A DNA stretch of 32,821 bases from Diploschistes diacapsis (lineage: Eukaryota): the NCBI GenBank assembly GCA_023645945.1, contig JALAIB010000094.1, forward strand, positions 1 through 32,821, in the 5' to 3' direction. The notes under the pieces are model-generated. The model was not told where the DNA came from. It did not search any database and saw nothing but the letters and a program-made list of their open reading frames with translations. The stretch's first letter is position 1; each line of letters opens with the position of its first letter. The translations under genes were made by a program, and so were the position numbers. This document shows positions 10,492 through 20,207 of this stretch, one piece after another.

Positions 10492-13400
10492 ATGAGTTCG
10501 AGGCTACCCACGTTACACTCACAGACTAATAGGCACTGCTTGCGCCGTCGGATCCATGTACTTTTGCCTCACAGTTTCTGCTTTGATGGACTAGCCTCGC
10601 AAAAGGAGTGGAATCATTTTGGGGCACGCTTTCTTAGCTACAAAACAGTCCAACGCTACACAGTTTCCAGTGGTGATGCCATCAGAATTGAATCCGATGA
10701 GGCCAGCGATGTATCGGCCTCCCAGTCGGCCGCCGATAGATGGAACCCCCGAATGGATCCATATCTCCCTCTGGAATTACGATCCAGGACCTGGTTAGAG
10801 AACCTTGCTGGCTTCGAAGGAGTCCGGTCTGTAGAGACTTTACCTTCCATCCTAGAAGAAACTATTCATGACTTTCCGCAAACTATCTTTGCTCATCTTG
10901 GGCTGAATCAAGGGCGGTGGGACGCACTCGCATGGCTCTCAAAGGCTGTGATAAGCTATAGATGTCCACAGGTTTTGGATCCAACTTCTTTCATCCAAGA
11001 CAAAAGCATCTGGCGGGAAGCGCAAGACTTCGATCTCGCACGTTCCCAGTCAATCAAGCTCAATCAACACAGAGGCCATCCATTTCCAGAACATGAAAGA
11101 CTCCAGAACTTGACTGAAACAGGTGCTACTCTAGCTCACAAGTCTGCTTCATCTTGGAAACTTGCTTTAGGGCAAGTCTGGCAATGCCTGGGCCATGTGG
11201 TCATTAAAGCTTCTAATCTGGAAATTCAAGAACGATCACGAATGATGGCTTTCATCCATCAACTCATTGCTCATATCCATTCGGAAGGGGCCATATCCCC
11301 TTCAATTTACCAGTTTGAGTCCTCAGATGTCTCTGCGCCATTACGGAAACCACCTTTTCTTCACTTGATGAGCTCTCGTATTATGACAGCCTTGTCAGAT
11401 GCCGTATGGAAAGTCACTGAGCCGAAGCTTATGGGTGATGCGGCACTGGTCGCTGCTACGTATGCATACAAGGGATATGAGATGCCTGGCTCTGAACTCA
11501 ATCCTCGTGTCCGGCTGCTCGGTCCGGAGGTCTGGTTAGAATTCATACTTTGGTCATGCGTTCACGGCTCCTATTTCATAGAAGCTGGCAAGCTCATTGA
11601 ACACGTACAACGCCAAAGAGGGAACCAGGAATGGAAAACCAAAAGCTGGGAGCACATACAGGAATCTCTAGACCAAAAGTGGGCAACTGTGAAGGATCCG
11701 GATCGGGTGCGATCTTGGTTTGACCGCATTGCAGGAACAGCTGAAGGCTACAGCGAAGACCCTCCGGCTGCATCCCTAGGAGAGAGAACTTTAAGCAGAG
11801 AAGTCGTTGCAGCAATTGCAAACGGACTCATAACAGATAATTCTTCAGGTGCTAGTCGACATGAACACTTGGCGAACATGTGGCCTTGCTTGAAGAGCTG
11901 TAGGGCCTTGGCCGGCCCACCTTCGAACCCGGTGGAGTCTTTATTCTGGAATGCAATATCAAATAGGCTCTTTGAAGCCTCCCATGTGGCAGGATCAACA
12001 TCGAACGAGGTGCTTTCGCGGATGTCTTCGCTCGCTGAAGGGTCTGAAGAAGCCCTTGATTTGATGAACAACCAGGAACATACGTCTCTAGCTTTGGAGG
12101 TGGTAGAGAGCCGCTCGCCCGCGTTGCACCCAATCTTACTTCATGCTTTGGAGCAATGCGTGAGGGATCGAGATGTTTCTAACGGCATGGTCTGTTTTGG
12201 AAAGCTGAAGACATGGGCTGACAGGAATCTGCACGTCTTGATTGATAACGAACCACCCGTCCCACAACAAGGAACCGTTGCATTTGCCTCTCTTACCGCA
12301 TACCTACCAACGCATGCTCTTGCTAGTCTGTTTGACTTCATGACCGAGGCCAAACTGTTCACGTTCGGGAGGATGTTGCTCCCTCTCCTTGACCCGCCTC
12401 GCGAATCCGGCATAGTTCATGGTCCTTATCTCTCAAATTCGTCTGTCCTCCAAAACTCAGTTCTTCGCTTCGCCAACGCTACGGACGATCGGGACCTGGA
12501 AATTGCTGTCTTGACAAGGGCCGACTGGAAAGCAGGTCAAGCGTCGGACGACGCAATCCGCGAATTACTTCACGTCCAACTAGCAGCGGGTCGCTGGGAC
12601 TACGTCGAGTCCCTCCTCATCCACATGCAAGCCGAGCGCAAGATTGTCCTGACATCTGTCGACATTGCGCGTATAGTATCTCTATACCTCCAACGCCCCG
12701 AAGAATCCCTGACCTCCATCGTCCGCTCCCTCTTCCTCCGCCATTACCTCCCGCCTCGCGACTACTCCAAATCACCAGACTACACCTCCTTCCGCACCCT
12801 CAACCAAATGGCTCTCATTCTGCTCACCATCCGCGAAATCCGCCCAAGCCTTCTAAAAGACTGCATCATCCGCCAAGGCCAAGCCAGTAACCCCATCATC
12901 ATCCCCACAGACGCCTTCAACATCCTCCTCTGGAAAGTCGTCTCCCTTTACGGCATCCAAGAAGCACGCAACTTCTTCAAGCGCTGGTGCATCCTCACGC
13001 CTGCCTCACAATCCTCAAACAACAAACCCACCCCCATCATACCCCGCAACAGCGAGCTCGACGCCTCCGGCGCTAAAGTCATTGTCCCCAACATCCAAAC
13101 CCTCCGCATCATGATCTCGCCCTCCCTCAAAGCCCTGCAAAGCACCATCCCGGGCCTCGATCCCGCCCTCGTCGAGCCGGGCGCGCCCAATCAAAGCGTG
13201 AGTCCCGCCAAGGCGTACCGTCTGACGTACGACGCCTTCCGCAAGCTGCCGCAGGGTTCGCGGCTCAAGGCGAACATCGATTGGGCGATACACACGGCGC
13301 TCCGGCTTGGATTGGTGGGGCATGAGAAGTATGAGGTGCTGCTAAGGCAAGTGGGAAGGGATGAGGTCGTGCGCGGGACAAGGCGGAGGGTGGCAGGGAT

Positions 13401-13512
13401 GGGGGAAGATGCCGCCATGGAAGAGGACGAGGACGGGCTGGAGGGAGAGGAAGGGCTGGAGAAGGGTGAAGAAGGAAGAGAAGGTGTAAGAAGGAAGGGA
13501 AGGTGGTGCTGA
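10492..13512 (+). CDS. Large (~1006 aa) conserved hypothetical alpha-helical protein, possibly PPR-like and mitochondrially targeted
   Basis: Single 3-kb ORF whose first in-frame ATG is at 10492. The N-terminus is Arg/Ser/Leu-rich and lacks acidic residues for ~30 aa (MSSRLPTLHSQTNRHCLRRRIHV). Segments such as IPTDAFNILL and VPNIQTLRIMI resemble degenerate PPR motifs (inference). Confidence 0.75.
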   Translation: MSSRLPTLHSQTNRHCLRRRIHVLLPHSFCFDGLASQKEWNHFGARFLSYKTVQRYTVSSGDAIRIESDEASDVSASQSAADRWNPRMDPYLPLELRSRTWLENLAGFEGVRSVETLPSILEETIHDFPQTIFAHLGLNQGRWDALAWLSKAVISYRCPQVLDPTSFIQDKSIWREAQDFDLARSQSIKLNQHRGHPFPEHERLQNLTETGATLAHKSASSWKLALGQVWQCLGHVVIKASNLEIQERSRMMAFIHQLIAHIHSEGAISPSIYQFESSDVSAPLRKPPFLHLMSSRIMTALSDAVWKVTEPKLMGDAALVAATYAYKGYEMPGSELNPRVRLLGPEVWLEFILWSCVHGSYFIEAGKLIEHVQRQRGNQEWKTKSWEHIQESLDQKWATVKDPDRVRSWFDRIAGTAEGYSEDPPAASLGERTLSREVVAAIANGLITDNSSGASRHEHLANMWPCLKSCRALAGPPSNPVESLFWNAISNRLFEASHVAGSTSNEVLSRMSSLAEGSEEALDLMNNQEHTSLALEVVESRSPALHPILLHALEQCVRDRDVSNGMVCFGKLKTWADRNLHVLIDNEPPVPQQGTVAFASLTAYLPTHALASLFDFMTEAKLFTFGRMLLPLLDPPRESGIVHGPYLSNSSVLQNSVLRFANATDDRDLEIAVLTRADWKAGQASDDAIRELLHVQLAAGRWDYVESLLIHMQAERKIVLTSVDIARIVSLYLQRPEESLTSIVRSLFLRHYLPPRDYSKSPDYTSFRTLNQMALILLTIREIRPSLLKDCIIRQGQASNPIIIPTDAFNILLWKVVSLYGIQEARNFFKRWCILTPASQSSNNKPTPIIPRNSELDASGAKVIVPNIQTLRIMISPSLKALQSTIPGLDPALVEPGAPNQSVSPAKAYRLTYDAFRKLPQGSRLKANIDWAIHTALRLGLVGHEKYEVLLRQVGRDEVVRGTRRRVAGMGEDAAMEEDEDGLEGEEGLEKGEEGREGVRRKGRWC

Positions 13513-14156
13513 AGGAGAAACCGGAGGGGGAGGATGAGGAGCAAGACCGTCTCGTCGTTGGGATAGATGCTTGGTGATTGCGTTGACGGACCTTTTGATT
13601 CTTGTTCTTACTTTGAACGTATAGATTTTTAGCTCGACATAATGTCATCGAGTAGTTATCTCTTCATTTCCACACGCCAGACAGAATACCGTATGGTTTT
13701 TGAGGAAAGCCTCGTTCAGAAACTTGCAGCTGAGCGTTGGGCGAATCGATGCTCAAAGTTTCACCACCCAGGCGCTATTACAATCTACGCAATCACCACT
13801 GGACCAGGATCTGCACCTCGCACGGGCTTGAGAAACGAGAAGGCAGTCTTTTCAATTAGCATAAGATACAGTGAATCGAAGTAAGCGCGCGACTAAGCGG
13901 CCGGCCGTTGCTTCATGATTCGTAAACACAAACGACCAGACAAAGACGCATCGTTTTTTTTTTGGCCTCTACCGTCTTGCTTCTGCGAAGCTTTTGTGTA
14001 TGCCTGTAGCCTCTCCCTTTCCACTAGTTACCACAGTATGTGGAATCCTTTTTCCTTCTTCGATGATTAGCTTAACAATGCCAGTATTTCTTTTTTGATT
14101 TTAACTTTCCACACGCAGCTGCAGTCAAGAACTTATTTCTCGCTTTTCCTCTAATT

Positions 14157-16272
14157 TCACCTATCTTTTACAGTTTCAATGCGCTTTTGAGTGATAGCTC
14201 CACCAAGGGAGGCAAAGCTATTGCTCCTGCTATAGCGCTGTTTCTGCTTGCGAACTGGCGATATGGGCTCATTCGCCTGTGCAAAGTGTCCGCCTTTGAT
14301 GGCAGAATGACGAGCTGGCCCATTCTGGTAACCGCTTGTGAGGCTATTGACGCGCAACTGGTTTCGTCGAAATGCCGTAGGATGGTGAGGACTTCGAGGC
14401 CTACACAATGTTACTTGAGAGCCTCAAAGTAGATGAAAAGTAAGTCTCACGCCTTGTCTGTGGGAGCGACTACTAAGCTGCTGCCTTTATCGGTCTCACT
14501 TCCCGAACCTTCTCCAAAATCAATGAAATCATGGATGTTAAGATTAGCCTCTAGAGCATCTTCTTCGTCATCATCAGGATCGTCGTCATTTCCCACGATA
14601 TCGCCGTTTGTATCGACAGCCCGCCAGGGATAAAAGGCCTCTGGAGGTCGAACAACCGGAGCATTGAAGACACGCGGAGGATCGAGGTTATTCCCAAACA
14701 ATCCAGACATCATAAGGTTCGCGGGAGATTGTACAAGCATACCTTGGGCCGAGACGTCACTCCGATCATTTTCGCTTTCGTATGTGGAAGTAGCCAAACT
14801 CGAGAACGGCCTCGTGGGACTCACATCGACACTGGTGGTGGTACTGGTTTGGTTGTTGGCTTGTCTTGGGCGCTGCGCCGGATAGAATATCATGTTTTTC
14901 CCGGTCTTGTCAACAATGGCCACTGCCTTTGTGGGATCTATGACCCACGAGCCGATTGAAGGGCCTCTTCGATGCAAATTGCTTGTTGATGTTGCAGAAC
15001 CCCGACGGGCAGGGATTGAAGACGCAGCTTTGGCACGCGATCGCGCAACTTCAGAATCAAGACGTAGTACAGCTTGCGGACGGTTGACGGTTGCAGGGGT
15101 CATGACTTCCTCGTCCGTAGTTTCACCTTCGTCCGCTTCGAGGATCACAACGTCAGCGAAGAGACAAGTTCTACAGCCGGATACATACTCTCATATCCAC
15201 TAGACGTACTGCGCGTATTTGGTTCGTGTTGGTCTATGCAGTTGATCCTCTCGAGCTCAAGTTGCACGTCTTCCTGATTTTCAAGGTCCCAGTACGATTC
15301 TCCACTATCAGATGAGCTATCCTGCTCAAGTAGTTTTCGAAAGGATGGATCAAGCTTGTCTTGCTGCATGAACAGATCAGGAAAGGTATTTTGATCCACC
15401 TCTGTCTCATTGGAGGTGCTAGGAGAAGATCCGCCAACATCATCGACAAATCTGACACGACGGGTTGGAGCAGGCGGCGGTGTAGGCGAAGAGAATCCAG
15501 GAAAAACCTTCGCGTCAGGTGAATAGAGCTCGTAAGTGCTGTATGAATCTGTTCTGGCAAAGTGCTCGGAGAAAAAAGTATCCTCCTCGATTGTAGGAAC
15601 GTCACAGTCGGGAAACCCGTCCCAGCTCTCGGATGTTTCGCTTCGGGGATGCTGCCCGACTTCTACATTATCGTTCTCTTCTTCAGACTGTATGATAAGT
15701 TTCTCTTCATCTTTTTCCATATTATCGTCGTCGTCTGATTCACTGATCAGATCTACTGCGTCATAGTTGTCTTCGTCATCCAAGGCCAACTTCTGGTTCC
15801 CAATTAGGGGCTTCGGTGTCTTTGCAGGCCTTGCCACTTCATCTTCGTCGTGAACTCTATTACTCCAGGCTCTCTTTCTGGTGGTAACCCCTCCATCTAT
15901 TTTCGTGTTAGATAGAGAAACAGATAGCCCCGTCTGATGCCCACGCTTTTGGTGGTGCGTCTCAGACGGGGCAAACTCATCCGACTTATCCGACTCGTCG
16001 GTTTCATTGTCATCGCCATCGTTGTCATTATGGTTTGCACAGTCATTATTCTCACTGTTCTGACCACTATCATCTGGTGTAATAGAACTCACCCCTCCCT
16101 TTCCCAAGCAGAGCTTGTCGGTGATGTGCCCACGGTTGGTCTTTGGGCTTTTTGCCTTCATCCCAACGCTCTTCACTCGATTTTCACCATCAAGAGGGTG
16201 GGTGACGTTTTTCCGATTCCGCTGGCCGACGCCTTGTTGCAGCGCAGCAGTTGTACCTCCACGCCTAGACAT
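14157..16272 (-). CDS. Ifh1/Crf1-like ribosomal-protein-gene transcription cofactor; 3 exons (16272-15189, 15135-14451, 14400-14157), ~670 aa
   Basis: Introns 15188-15136 (GTATGT..GCTGAC..AAG) and 14450-14401 (GTGAGA..TAG) join three ORFs in frame. The protein is acidic and low-complexity. SGYETDEGETTDEE followed by PSIGSWVIDPTKAVAIVD resembles the Ifh1/Crf1 forkhead-binding region (acidic S/T-T-D-E motif, then P.LG.W....KPF.IID). The C-terminus has TAFRRNQ and PISPVRK. Confidence 0.7.
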
Positions 16273-16315
16273 ATCCTTTTCTATGTAACTGCTCCCTAAA
16301 CCAGTCTCGAGATGG

Positions 16316-16376
16316 CTGTGTGGTGGAGGTAAAGTAGAATGTCAGGGCGGATGGGTTCGGGTAAGTGCGTACGCAC
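16316..16376 (-). other. Probable 61-nt 5'-UTR intron of the Ifh1/Crf1-like gene
   Basis: GTGCGT donor at 16376, CTGAC branch site, pyrimidine-rich tract and CAG acceptor ending at 16316, 43 nt before the ATG. Confidence 0.5.
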
Positions 16377-16436
16377 GTAGAGCCGACAAGGTACGAGACC
16401 TTGGGAGTATGCGAGAGCCACGGATACACCAGTCAG

Positions 16437-16636
16437 TCACAAGGACCGAGCAGTGTATAATGTGATTTCTTTAACAGAGTATTCCAGCTGCAACGCAGGC
16501 CGACTATCCCAGCAGCGGGAAAAAGCAATATCGTCAAGTCGATTGAAATCTCGTGGAGCCGGGACCGGACTGGAGGGCACGCGCTGAGGCATGCCCTCCA
16601 GCGGTGCAGTTAGAGCTCGACGATAGCCTGCGGCAT
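16437..16636 (-). promoter_or_regulatory. Two AUG-initiated uORFs in the probable 5' leader: MPQAIVEL* (16636-16610) and a 51-codon MPQRVPSS...TARSL* (16592-16437)
   Basis: Both lie downstream of a CT-rich tract (minus strand, ~16762-16733) typical of fungal transcription-start regions and upstream of the main ATG at 16272. The transcription start is inferred, not known. Confidence 0.4.
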
Positions 16637-17269
16637 GATTCCTCGACGATATTGAAAATAATTGTGTACTCTTTTTTATTCCTTTTTTGATATTGGATAC
16701 AGTAATTTGGGTGATGTTGCTTGTGGATGCTGGGGAAGGAAAGGAAAGGGAAGGAGGGGAGGCATTTTGAGGAGAATCGTGGGACACTTTTTTTTCCGAG
16801 CAGGGGTGTCATGCTAGCGTCTTGGCCAGTTACGGCTAGTGCCCACAATGCCCAGGCGGTGAAGGAAATCCATAAACGAGCCAATGGTACTGCATAAACT
16901 CAACCTAGCGGCGGGAGCAGTTATATGTCACTACACTTCACTCAATCCTCGCTTTGGCCAAAGGAAAACTTATTGGGCTGATTCTTGCCTTGGCCAGATC
17001 ACGAGACTGATGATCTGGTACTTGGAGCATGCTAAGTTACGTGTCCTGTCCATATGTACTGCAACCTGCACACGCATATGCGCCGAACATACCGCTAACG
17101 GAACAGAACTAAGGCATGCCGGTAGGCAACCTGCCCATTTATGGTAGATCCAAAGATATCAAAGCCCTTCAACCACCACAGGAATGCACAAGAGCACCCC
17201 AGACAGGCTCCCAGCATGGACAGTCTGTCTCCGCCTCTTTCTGGGATGTAATGGTCTACTTGGCCGTTG

Positions 17270-18010
17270 CGAAAGTGCTGAATCATGCATTCCATTATCT
17301 TGCTTCTCCGTACCCGGATTGGCAAACAAAATCTAAAGTCAACCCTTTGCCCGCAGGAGGGTGCAAAAACTCCATAACTCGACTTTAGCGATGAGATAGG
17401 TTTGGTCCGCCGTGGTCCGAAAGGTTATTCATCCACTGGCTTTGGCGTAGACGACATCCCTTTGAACTCTGGACGTATCCCAATCGAGGACAATATCCTA
17501 CCCCCCTCAAGGATTTCCAGCCACGCAGACTCCATCCAAGCACGTTATTTAAGACCTTCACATCTCGTGTCTTCGAAGGCAAACCCGAGAATTTGGACAA
17601 CGAACCCTTGGAAGGAGGTCGGTCCTGACCAAGCACGGCGAGGCACCTTAGTTCAAATTATTTGGGCCAAGGGATCACAGTTTGAAGATGTCGTGAAATT
17701 TCCGAGCCACCTAGCCGGTCTGCCAGTTTGCCTAGAGTCAGAAGTGCGACCTGCACTGCTATTAGTAGACTATCAAGAAGAGAACCTTAGTCTAGATAGT
17801 CAGCCAAAAATGGAAATTGGTAAGTCACTTAAGGTTTCGTAGCATAGCATATCGACAAGCTCAAGAAGAGGTTCGGAAGCGAGTAGAAGACGAAAACAAC
17901 ATCAAGGGCTCATAGTACGATGTCCGGTCCAAGCTCTACTTTCGAGTAATGACCCGTTTCTAGTTCATGATGAATCCAAAATGATTTCCCGAGAAATATG
18001 GGAGGTTCTG
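17270..18010 (+). pseudogene. Possible decayed APH/phosphotransferase (kinase-like) gene relic
   Basis: Across shifting frames, in the expected order: AGGCKNSI/LDFSDEIGLVRR (G-loop and following strands), QARYLR, SRVFE..NP..VG, IIWAKGSQFEDV (cf. IIME.A.G..L.DV) and LSSN..FLVHDESKMISREIWE (cf. DL...NI.VD....I..IIDWE). The similarity is weak and judged by eye. Confidence 0.3.
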
Positions 18011-18036
18011 TGGGTTCTGTGGGTTCTGTGGGTTCT
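18004..18036 (+). repeat. 9-bp tandem repeat (GGTTCTGTG)x3.7
   Basis: Read directly from the sequence. Confidence 0.9.
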
Positions 18037-19125
18037 TTTAATCTCCTGCACCTTTGATGGGTATTTTGGAGGCTCCTTTGACAACAAGAAACGGCAGGCA
18101 GACATTTCGGAAAAAGGTGGGCTAAATGGAGCACGTGCCCACACGACGATCCGACGCCAAGGAACTGAGCGTGTTTCTCTTTAATTCTTGTCCGACAACT
18201 CACTGTTAAGAATGTAATTCATTGCCGGAAACCATCCTTGTTAAGCTTAAACGTAGCGTGTATGTAACCTGGATTCCTTGCAGTGTAAATCGCAATAAGT
18301 TAATAACGCTTGCCCAATTCAGAACAGTAGCCATTTTCGTTGCGCTTGCTGCCAGCTTGTATGCTAGGTGAAATACTGATCATGTTGGTAGCTCCGTGGT
18401 CTCGCTTCTACAATCCAGTTTAGTTCAATACTGGCACAACGCAGTATTGTTGGTGTTTTGGCTAAACTGGCGCTTTGTATCACGCCTCCAACAGTTGACG
18501 ATAGGAACAGCGCACGGTGAACAACTACAAGATAAGTGCAGAAATAGCTCTGGGTCTTTAAATCCGCCTAAAATGTCCCATATCAACAACTGGTAACCCA
18601 GTTCGGCAGTTGAAGTCGTGCAGCAGTTGATACTTCTTTGCAACTCCGCAGGTCTATCCCGAAATCGGTCCCGATACAAGGATTTTGTTGAGAAGGGAGC
18701 CGAATCTTGAGCATTTCGCCGCCGCTTGCGGAAGGGAACGCTCAACGCCCGATTGAAGCTTCGTAGCACTTTATGGAATTTTCGTGTATGCCGAAAACCC
18801 ACCGTCACGAATGACTGGGCCATCACGACAACTGTGTCTTTCAAACCACCTCCGTAAATGGCAGCAATCACACTTTTTGCTGAGACTTCATTTCTGATGC
18901 TTGTCCCTTAACCTCTAGCTGTTACCATATCCAGAGCTACGTGAATGATAGCATCCTAGACGTCTGAACGCTACACCAGGCCCACGGATACCGCCACCAA
19001 TCCCAAGCGTCTCCCCTTCCTCCTGTAGCATCCTGTCCCTCGAAACAACGGGCCCCATGCCCGTCGCCATCTTCCCTCGCTACTGCCTCTTGCTCATCAG
19101 GGCCACCTTTTTCTTAATATCAAAA

Positions 19126-19974
19126 GCACTGTAGCTCGACCGTGCCAAGCGGCTTTGCTTGTCGCATTGTATGTAACCAAGCTGATGCCGTCGACTTCGT
19201 TAACGGCCCTGCGGGACACCTCGCTCAGGAACTCCATACTAAAAGGGTAGGCCTCGGGCGATGAGAAAATCAGTAGCCATCACACCGCAGAGGATAATCA
19301 TGTATCCTTTGTAGCGCTTGTCGCTAACAGCGCCGACTGCTTTGTCTGTGTCAAATGCAGCCCGGCCGATTTCATGGTAGAGGCTAGTTTGCCTGATCTT
19401 GCCTGATCATACTGGCATAGATATGATCAGCCTGCCTCGCGACCTCGACTCGTTCAGGGTTGGCTTCTCCAATGATCTGGATCCATACCCAGGCCTGGGC
19501 AAGGACGTCGGGTAACAAGACCTTCATGTACCCCAAGCTCTCGGCCAAGCTTCCTAACCTTGTCCCTGAGCGCAGCTCAAAACATACCAGCTCTCGAATC
19601 TCGATGGCGGGGACTCGCGCGAAGCATGCTCTTGGTAGGTTGAGTATTGACCTGAAACTTTGTGTCAGCAAGACTGCTTAGTCAGGATTGAGATGTTCTG
19701 GGACAGCGTCCGCGATTCAAACGAGGTTCGAAGCTTAGAACTGCGGCACTTCCCGCCAGAAAGGATGATGCTCTGCGGCTTGATGGTGAGGTCCTCTCTT
19801 AGGTGTCTCTATTGAGAGGAAATACTGAGAGTCAAATTCAAGAGCGAATATTGTCCAAAGCCTAGATTTAGCAATGTATTGCTCGAGGATTGACGCGAAT
19901 TCGCTTCCTAATAAGGAACCGGCAACTTGAATCCGAAGATGAGGGTTAGCGAGGCGCTTGATGTTAGCGGCCAT
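19126..19974 (-). pseudogene. GUA1: GMP synthase (glutamine-hydrolysing) pseudogene with a large internal deletion and multiple frameshifts
   Basis: Colinear fragments match recalled fungal Gua1 motifs: IFALEFDSQY (ILTLDFGSQY), RHLRE (RRLRE), IKPQSIILSGG|QYSTYQEHA (KPKGIILSGGPYSVY..DAP), LRDKVRKLGRELGVHEGLVTRRPCPGLGM (FKDEVR.LGRELGI..ELV.RHPFPGPGI), IQIIGEANPERVEVARQADHIYASMIR, LYHEIGRA..KAVGAVSDKRYKGYMIIL..V.ATDF, EAYPFSMEFLSEVSRRAVNEVDGISLVTYNATSK and KPLGTVELQ (KPPGTIELE). Confidence 0.9.
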
Positions 19975-20207
19975 CTTGTCTTGCGATACTCGATCAGGTA
20001 CCGCAGTTCAGCTAAAACGGTAATCTCAAGCAGTGCAATGACGGGTACCAGATACTCAAGTACTGGATGTTCTCTAGGTTATTACTAACTTGCAATTTCA
20101 TGGGAATTTTTTTGGGAAAGATTCTCGAGATGTGGTGAAAATATGATTTTCCGGTCGTGTCAGTACCCGAGTGCTTTCCGGGAGAATTCATTCAAGCACA
20201 TTACTTA

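Noticed and set aside
16534..16884. ORF with a signal-peptide-like start (MARLWISFTAWALWALAVTG)
   Set aside because: It starts at TTG rather than ATG and runs through the CT-rich promoter and leader of the Ifh1-like gene. No recognisable domain follows.
18425..18871. 148-aa minus-strand ORF in the gene-poor interval
   Set aside because: GTG start and no recognisable motif in any frame. It could be relic DNA, but I cannot support a call.
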